IMG/VR virus record: IMGVR_UViG_3300025154_000049
Location: 64,001-128,000 of that record
From: a virus
DNA: 64,000 nt
Reading direction: 5' to 3' (one strand)
Shown: piece after piece, positions 59,416-64,000 of the stretch
Layout of the letters: every line of letters begins with the position of its first letter
How positions within the stretch are numbered: the stretch's first letter is position 1
The notes under the pieces: model-generated
The model's database searches: none
What the model was told of the DNA's origin: nothing
The model's input: the letters and a program-made list of their open reading frames with translations, nothing else
Program-made: the position numbers and the translations under genes

Positions 59416-59664
59416 TTAGCGTATTAACTCTGTCATGGTTATTATTTTAGTACAGTCTTCTTCTGTTATTTCTTGTACCTGATTTACTTTTACCAATCTT
59501 TTTATTTTATCTGATATCCTATCATAAGGAACCGACTCTGCAAGAACTGTCCAATTATTTCTTTTATAATCATACATATAGGTATAGTCATCTTCATCTA
59601 CTTTATATAAGTAGTATCCAAATTCTAAATGGAAACTATTTCTTGGTTCTTTATAATATCTCAT
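59416..59664 (-). CDS. hypothetical protein with MxEL tag, probably leaderless mRNA
   Basis: ends TMTELIR; ATG 6 nt below -10 box. Confidence 0.75.
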   Translation of the reverse strand: MRYYKEPRNSFHLEFGYYLYKVDEDDYTYMYDYKRNNWTVLAESVPYDRISDKIKRLVKVNQVQEITEEDCTKIITMTELIR

Positions 59665-59670
59665 AATTTT

Positions 59671-59711
59671 AGTATAACAAAAATAGAGAAGGCAGTCAAT
59701 ACCTTCTCTTT
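59671..59711 (-). promoter_or_regulatory. terminator-promoter cassette
   Basis: AGAGAAGG-TATTGACTG-CCTTCTCT hairpin, TTGACT-17-TATACT. Confidence 0.75.
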
Positions 59712-59790
59712 AATAATTAATATAATGTTACAAACTTTGGAGGAAGCACAATAAGCTAATTTTAGTAAAACACAATAAGCTAATAAAAAA

Positions 59791-59864
59791 TGGAGCGGGT
59801 AGGGAGAATCGAACTCCCTTCATCAGCTTGGAAGGCTGAGGCACAACCTATATACCATACCCGC
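59791..59864 (-). tRNA. tRNA-Gly(TCC)
   Basis: cloverleaf, loop CTTCCAA, CCA end. Confidence 0.95.
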
Positions 59865-59871
59865 TTAATAA

Positions 59872-59954
59872 TACAGGTGAGAGGATTTGAACCTCCACGC
59901 TTTTTAAGGCACGAGTGTCTAAAACTCGCATGTCTACCATTCCAACACACCTGC
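59872..59954 (-). tRNA. tRNA-Leu(TAG)
   Basis: long variable arm, loop TTTAGAC. Confidence 0.92.
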
Positions 59955-59966
59955 ATAATATATAAA

Positions 59967-60040
59967 TGGCTGAGGAGATAGGAATCGAACCCATATTCAC
60001 TGAGTCAAAGTCAGGTGTCCTGCCGTTAGACGACTCCTCA
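59967..60040 (-). tRNA. tRNA-Gln(TTG)
   Basis: loop CTTTGAC, CCA end. Confidence 0.93.
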
Positions 60041-60051
60041 ATAATTAAAAA

Positions 60052-60126
60052 TGGCTCCCTCGGCAGGACTCGAACCTACAGCCATTCGATTAACAGTCGA
60101 ACGCTCTACCATTGAGCTACGAGGGA
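60052..60126 (-). tRNA. tRNA-Asn(GTT)
   Basis: loop CTGTTAA, GCCA end. Confidence 0.95.
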
Positions 60127-60132
60127 ATAAAA

Positions 60133-60204
60133 AGCCCTTTGTCAGATTTGAACTGACAACCTTCATCTTACAAGGATGTTGCTCTACCATTGAGCTAAAA
60201 GGGC
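60133..60204 (-). tRNA. tRNA-Thr(TGT)
   Basis: loop CTTGTAA. Confidence 0.92.
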
Positions 60205-60207
60205 AAG

Positions 60208-60282
60208 TGGGTGGAAGGACGGGACTCGAACCCGCTTTGCTTCGTTCACAGCGAAGGATATTACCCATATATGACCGACCAC
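60208..60282 (-). tRNA. tRNA-His(GTG)
   Basis: loop CTGTGAA, G-1:C73; two acceptor-stem mismatches. Confidence 0.85.
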
Positions 60283-60283
60283 A

Positions 60284-60357
60284 TGGCGGAACTATGGGGA
60301 TTTGAACCCCAGACTTCTCGCAGACAACGAGTAGTTTTACCCCTAAACTATAGTTCC
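60284..60357 (-). tRNA. tRNA-Asp(GTC)
   Basis: loop TTGTCTG, G73, CCA. Confidence 0.88.
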
Positions 60358-60364
60358 AAATATA

Positions 60365-60437
60365 TAGATACTGAGAGACTCGAACTCCCGACTTCCTCCG
60401 TGTAAGAGAGGCACTCTACCGACTGAGTTAAGTATCC
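60365..60437 (-). tRNA. tRNA-Val(TAC)
   Basis: loop CTTACAC. Confidence 0.93.
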
Positions 60438-60438
60438 A

Positions 60439-60514
60439 TGGTCTAGGTGGAGGGACTTGAACCCCCGACTCCCTACGTCCAAGGTAGGATTTCTACCAAC
60501 TGAATTACACCTAG
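60439..60514 (-). tRNA. tRNA-Pro(TGG)
   Basis: loop CTTGGAC, CCA. Confidence 0.93.
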
Positions 60515-60525
60515 ATTATAATTAA

Positions 60526-60599
60526 TGGTGTTTCCTAGAAGAGTCGAACTTCTGTCTAACGCTTATGAGGCGACCGCTCTGCCGTTGAGCTAAGGAAAC
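60526..60599 (-). tRNA. tRNA with CAT anticodon (elongator Met or Ile2)
   Basis: loop CTCATAA, paired 1:72. Confidence 0.88.
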
Positions 60600-60600
60600 A

Positions 60601-60678
60601 TGGTAGCAGGAGTTGGATTTGAACCAACGACCCCCAGCTTATGAGACTGGTGAGCTAACCAGACTGCTCTATCCTGCG
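60601..60678 (-). tRNA. tRNA-fMet-like (CAT)
   Basis: C1:U72 mismatch, A11:U24, loop CTCATAA. Confidence 0.88.
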
Positions 60679-60684
60679 ATAATA

Positions 60685-60758
60685 AGTACCTGATTGGATT
60701 TGAACCAACGACTACAGAGGTTGCAACTCTGCCCCTTAGACCACTTGGGTACAGGTAC
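60685..60758 (-). tRNA. tRNA-Cys(GCA)
   Basis: loop TTGCAAC, U73. Confidence 0.92.
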
Positions 60759-60759
60759 A

Positions 60760-60834
60760 TGGTGGGAGTAGTAGGTACCGAGCCTACCTCTGGTGCTTTT
60801 CAGGCACCCGCTAATCCATCTCAGCTATTCTCCC
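60760..60834 (-). tRNA. tRNA-Phe(GAA)
   Basis: loop CTGAAAA; atypical T-loop CTCGGTA. Confidence 0.85.
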
Positions 60835-60838
60835 ATAA

Positions 60839-60912
60839 TGGTGGAGCTTGGGAGAGTCGAACTCCCGACAAATGGTTGCAAACCAATCGTTTTACCACTA
60901 AACTAAAGCCCC
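60839..60912 (-). tRNA. tRNA-Ala(TGC)
   Basis: G3:U70, loop TTTGCAA, CCA. Confidence 0.93.
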
Positions 60913-60916
60913 ATAA

Positions 60917-61175
60917 TGGGAGGAGTTACCCTCCCCGACTTCTAGGCTACGAGAGCCATTTTACGTCCGAAGTCTAAAGACACTGTGTTGTTTCCGTTTG
61001 TTGTTTTTTGCTATTTTTAAAGAGAATGCCCTCTTACTTGCGAGTTTATCCCTACCTACCACGTCTAAACCTGGCGACCCCATGGTGGAATCGGTGGGAA
61101 TCGAACCCACGTCCGCAACAGACATCAATAAACCTTCTACAAGTTTAGTCCTATTTGTAAGAGTTAGACTTCTCA
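60917..61175 (-). ncRNA. ssrA: circularly permuted (two-piece) tmRNA
   Basis: acceptor piece ending GGTTCGATTCCCACCGATTCCACCA (61083) precedes GGGGTCG...GAC 5' piece (61081); G3:U70; helix 2 pairs; tag ORF 60995-60942 GNNTVSLDFGRKMALVA; outer ends approximate. Confidence 0.9.
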
Positions 61176-61194
61176 TTTAAGTTTTCAAGGTGCA

Positions 61195-61500
61195 ATAAAA
61201 AGAGGTTCTTTTTGTGAGAACCTCTTGAAGAATTTTTTCTTTTATCGTTGGAGCCTATTAAACTCCTCCGTCAGAGGTTCTTGTTCTCATGCCTGTGCAA
61301 TCCACGCTATGTCCTTCAAAATTAATTGACGGATTCGCTATGGTATAGTTTTGTTGTAGCATGAGTTCCATTTTATTTTCTTTCTGACCCGTTAAGGATA
61401 TCATCTTTTCTAATTTGAGTCCTAAGTATTTGTTACTCGGTATGAACTTAGGGATAACCGAAGATAGTTTTTAGTTGCATAGCTATCATAACAACAAATA
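61195..61500 (-). ncRNA. putative structured non-coding RNA (~300 nt)
   Basis: no long ORF; late motif 61510-61525; pseudoknot and stems; terminator hairpin 61201-61225. Confidence 0.5.
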
Positions 61501-61571
61501 TTTGATTTTCTAATTATAATATAAAGTAGTGTAGAAAAAACTATTATATTTTTTCTTTACCCTATGTAAAC

Positions 61572-61600
61572 ATTATACCATGAGATGAATTCTTTGTCAA
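61572..61600 (-). promoter_or_regulatory. sigma70-type promoter upstream of RNA gene cluster
   Basis: TTGACA-17-TATAAT with TG. Confidence 0.8.
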
Positions 61601-61609
61601 GTGTTTAAA

Positions 61610-62119
61610 TTAAATTTCTTTTATGGTAACTCCGAAAGATTTTAATTCTTCTATTAATTCCTTATAAGACCATTTGTATTTTTTATACAATGCTGATTTT
61701 TTATATTCTTTAGGATATAAAATTATTTCTTTTATATAATCTTTAAAGTTTTCTATTCCTCCCTCATCATCTTTGAAGCTTATTCTTTCTTCAGACTCTT
61801 TAGCTTCTGGGTTGGGAGATATTCCTCTCTGGGTATAATAATATTCTATCGGATATATCTTATATTTTTCCGATAACTTATCTCCATCCACTACTATTGT
61901 ACATTCTAGGGGAATATTGTACACATAACCTTTTTTAAAATTTTTATTTCTCGTAAAAGAAATAGAGTAATTATGAGTGTCCATAGACCATTGAGATTTT
62001 AATTTATTATCTCTGAGAATTAAAATAAGATTATTTAACCAAGTGTAGTGATATAAAGTTCCTACCTGTTTGGCTTCGTCTAATTCTTCTGTTATCTTTT
62101 TAATTTTCTTTAAACTCAT
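61610..62119 (-). CDS. ADP-ribosyltransferase-like protein with KKI-E leader
   Basis: MSLKKIKKITEE; LYHYT / ISFTR / ESEERI (H-S-ExE pattern). Confidence 0.7.
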   Translation of the reverse strand: MSLKKIKKITEELDEAKQVGTLYHYTWLNNLILILRDNKLKSQWSMDTHNYSISFTRNKNFKKGYVYNIPLECTIVVDGDKLSEKYKIYPIEYYYTQRGISPNPEAKESEERISFKDDEGGIENFKDYIKEIILYPKEYKKSALYKKYKWSYKELIEELKSFGVTIKEI

Positions 62120-62595
62120 AGGACTTCCTCGGCTTGAACAGTTGCTTCTCTTCCTAAGTTATCTGTTAATTTTCTTATATTACTATTTTTCTTAAACTGT
62201 TTAGTAAATTTATTAATTTCTTTCCAATCCGATTCTCTGTCATTATCCAGATTTTCTCTTCCGATATCGAGTCTTATATTTATACCACCGTAAGGATTAA
62301 CTCTCAAAATACCGTAGTAGCCTCCTCCATATAATTCTGGTAATTCATTTTCTACTTCGTGGTGAAGGATATTAGAATCCCATACGAATAACCCAGAGTT
62401 GTTTAGTATAAATCTAAAACTGTCATACTTTCCACCCCTACCCTCTTTCCACAATTTTTGAAGCTCTGAGTAGGAAGGATTTTTAAATATCTCAACATAA
62501 GCATCTTCGTCGGTTACTAAACGCTCTGCACTAATAGTTATACCTTTATAAAATTCTTCTGTTATCTTTTTAATTTTCTTTAAACTCATAACCAA
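62116..62595 (-). CDS. KKI-E leader protein with one KNP-RF-VW-LH domain
   Basis: MSLKKIKKITEEFY; EIFKNPS...FRF...FVWDSNILH. Confidence 0.78.
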   Translation of the reverse strand: MVMSLKKIKKITEEFYKGITISAERLVTDEDAYVEIFKNPSYSELQKLWKEGRGGKYDSFRFILNNSGLFVWDSNILHHEVENELPELYGGGYYGILRVNPYGGINIRLDIGRENLDNDRESDWKEINKFTKQFKKNSNIRKLTDNLGREATVQAEEVL

Positions 62596-63947
62596 GACCC
62601 TACCACTACTTCATTTATCCCCGCTCTTTTTAAACTCTGATACATGTGGGTTTTTAAAAATTGTTCTTTAACATACTTGGTATTTTCTTCAGTACCACTA
62701 CCCCAAGGAGTCAGCATGGGAGCATTTATGTTGTAGAATTCATTAGCAGACCCGTAATAAATATAAACACAAGGTTCTTTAACTTCCTTATAACCTGTAT
62801 TAGAAGTTGAGAAAACTATCCCAAGTAAATCTAATTTGATATCAAATTCATTTCCTAACTTAGCATGTTTAATAGCACTACTATGAATCATTTTATCCGC
62901 ATCCCATAAGATATAATCCTCGGAAGAATTCATAGAAAATCTAAGATTACCTCTTTTAGATTCTTTAATAAGCCTTGCTATTTCTGGATAAGAACTATTT
63001 TTATACACATCTACTTCTAGTTTTCTATTAACCAGACTCTGTGGATTATACCAAGTTGCAGTAGCTACGTAGTCTTCATCTACTACTTCTTCTTCCCAAT
63101 CCTCATCTCCATATTCCATATTTTTTATTTTAGTGTTATGTATAAAGAAGGATTCTCTAAATTCGTCTTCGTTAGAATCATCCTCTTCGTCTAAGAAGAT
63201 AGCAGATAGATTATCCTCTTCCTTGTATATTATAATTCTAGTATAATCTCTTAACTTTAATATTTTTTCAATAAAAGGATGAACGGCTTTTGTAGCTAAC
63301 CAAACATAATAATCATCCGTACTTTCTGGAGATGCTGGAATTAGTGCTCTAAGCTCTCTTCTTCCTTCAGAATCAGGTTCTGCCATCTTAAGCAATTTCA
63401 TTATTTCAAAATAATTTGAATTCTTATAGACATCCATGGGAGGATGTTCTATTGAAGTAAAATAATCTTCGTTTTCTATTCTTGCTACATTTTCTTTAAC
63501 ATTAAATATAATATAATTAACTATACCATCTTCCAATATTTTAGCTGAATCAAACCCCTCTATGCCTAAATTTGGAATAGTGTCTAAAAATTGTTCCGTA
63601 ATTTCCCAAGAGTTTCCAGAATTTGCAATTATGGAAGGGTCTTGTATATCTATAAATTGAGATAAATATTCGTCGTCCTCTTCTCCGTATGCGTAAGGGT
63701 CTGTTATCTCTCCAACAGTATCCTTTAACATCCTAAAATGTTCAGGATTAGTTATGTCAAAAGTTCTTCCTAAGTCAACTTTGTATTTTTTAACATTTCC
63801 TTTTTTACTATATAACTTCGCAAAATCATAATTAGTGGAGAAATAATTTCCCACTCCAAACTCGTCGTCAAAATCAGAACCTCTAAATAAAAGAACAGGA
63901 TTGTTCTCCATCTTTTCCACTATCTTTTTAATTTTCTTTAAACTCAT
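62586..63947 (-). CDS. leader-bearing polyprotein: ART-like domain + two KNP-RF-VW-LH domains
   Basis: MSLKKIKKIVE; LFRG..GNYFST...AKLY; DVYKNS twice. Confidence 0.78.
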   Translation of the reverse strand: MSLKKIKKIVEKMENNPVLLFRGSDFDDEFGVGNYFSTNYDFAKLYSKKGNVKKYKVDLGRTFDITNPEHFRMLKDTVGEITDPYAYGEEDDEYLSQFIDIQDPSIIANSGNSWEITEQFLDTIPNLGIEGFDSAKILEDGIVNYIIFNVKENVARIENEDYFTSIEHPPMDVYKNSNYFEIMKLLKMAEPDSEGRRELRALIPASPESTDDYYVWLATKAVHPFIEKILKLRDYTRIIIYKEEDNLSAIFLDEEDDSNEDEFRESFFIHNTKIKNMEYGDEDWEEEVVDEDYVATATWYNPQSLVNRKLEVDVYKNSSYPEIARLIKESKRGNLRFSMNSSEDYILWDADKMIHSSAIKHAKLGNEFDIKLDLLGIVFSTSNTGYKEVKEPCVYIYYGSANEFYNINAPMLTPWGSGTEENTKYVKEQFLKTHMYQSLKRAGINEVVVGSWL

Positions 63948-63970
63948 TAAATATATTTTCCAATAGTAAT

Positions 63971-63986
63971 CTATTTAAAATATAAA
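63971..63986 (-). promoter_or_regulatory. late-type promoter motif
   Basis: TTTATATTTTAAATAG. Confidence 0.65.
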
Positions 63987-64000
63987 TTAATCATGTTTAT

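Noticed and set aside
937-59664. MxEL motif as purely a by-product of overlapping Shine-Dalgarno/ATGA coupling
   Set aside because: It may contribute to the E codon, but the motif persists at operon ends, internally, and with SD-breaking codons, while many coupled genes lack it.
61083-61120. An additional tRNA or attP fragment
   Set aside because: There is no D or anticodon arm; the segment pairs with the downstream 5' piece as tmRNA.
59790-61180. ORFs overlapping the tRNA/tmRNA cluster
   Set aside because: They are incidental frames across structural RNA genes.
1-64000. Stop-codon reassignment
   Set aside because: Known genes are full length in code 11, all three stops terminate genes, and no suppressor tRNA was seen.

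Overview
AT-rich segment of a large (jumbo-type) tailed phage genome in the standard genetic code, with almost all genes on the minus strand. It holds about 150 mostly small ORFs. Recognisable genes: RNA repair and ribosome rescue (Rnl1, DRB0094-type RNA ligase, RtcB, metallophosphoesterase, Pth2), putative DNA modification (Mom-like GNAT, ABC-ATPase/GNAT fusion), SpeD, GroES, a ferredoxin, a double Kelch-like propeller tail protein and a Melainabacteria-style type IV pilin. RNA genes are 15 tRNAs, a circularly permuted (two-piece) tmRNA and two unassigned structured RNAs. The most striking feature is a two-class address system. About 60 unrelated small proteins in sigma70-type early operons end in the same helix tag (M-x-E-L-[VIT]-x-stop). 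About 20 other proteins, mostly behind a TTTAWATTWTAAWTAG late-type promoter, begin with an M-(S)-[FL]-K-K-I-x-K-[IL]-x-E leader resembling a T4-type capsid-targeting peptide. These leader proteins carry ADP-ribosyltransferase-like and other effector domains. The two classes do not overlap. The pilin, the tmRNA tag and HLR1-like promoter repeats point to a Melainabacteria/cyanobacteria-related host (inference). All functional calls are by motif recognition, without database searches.
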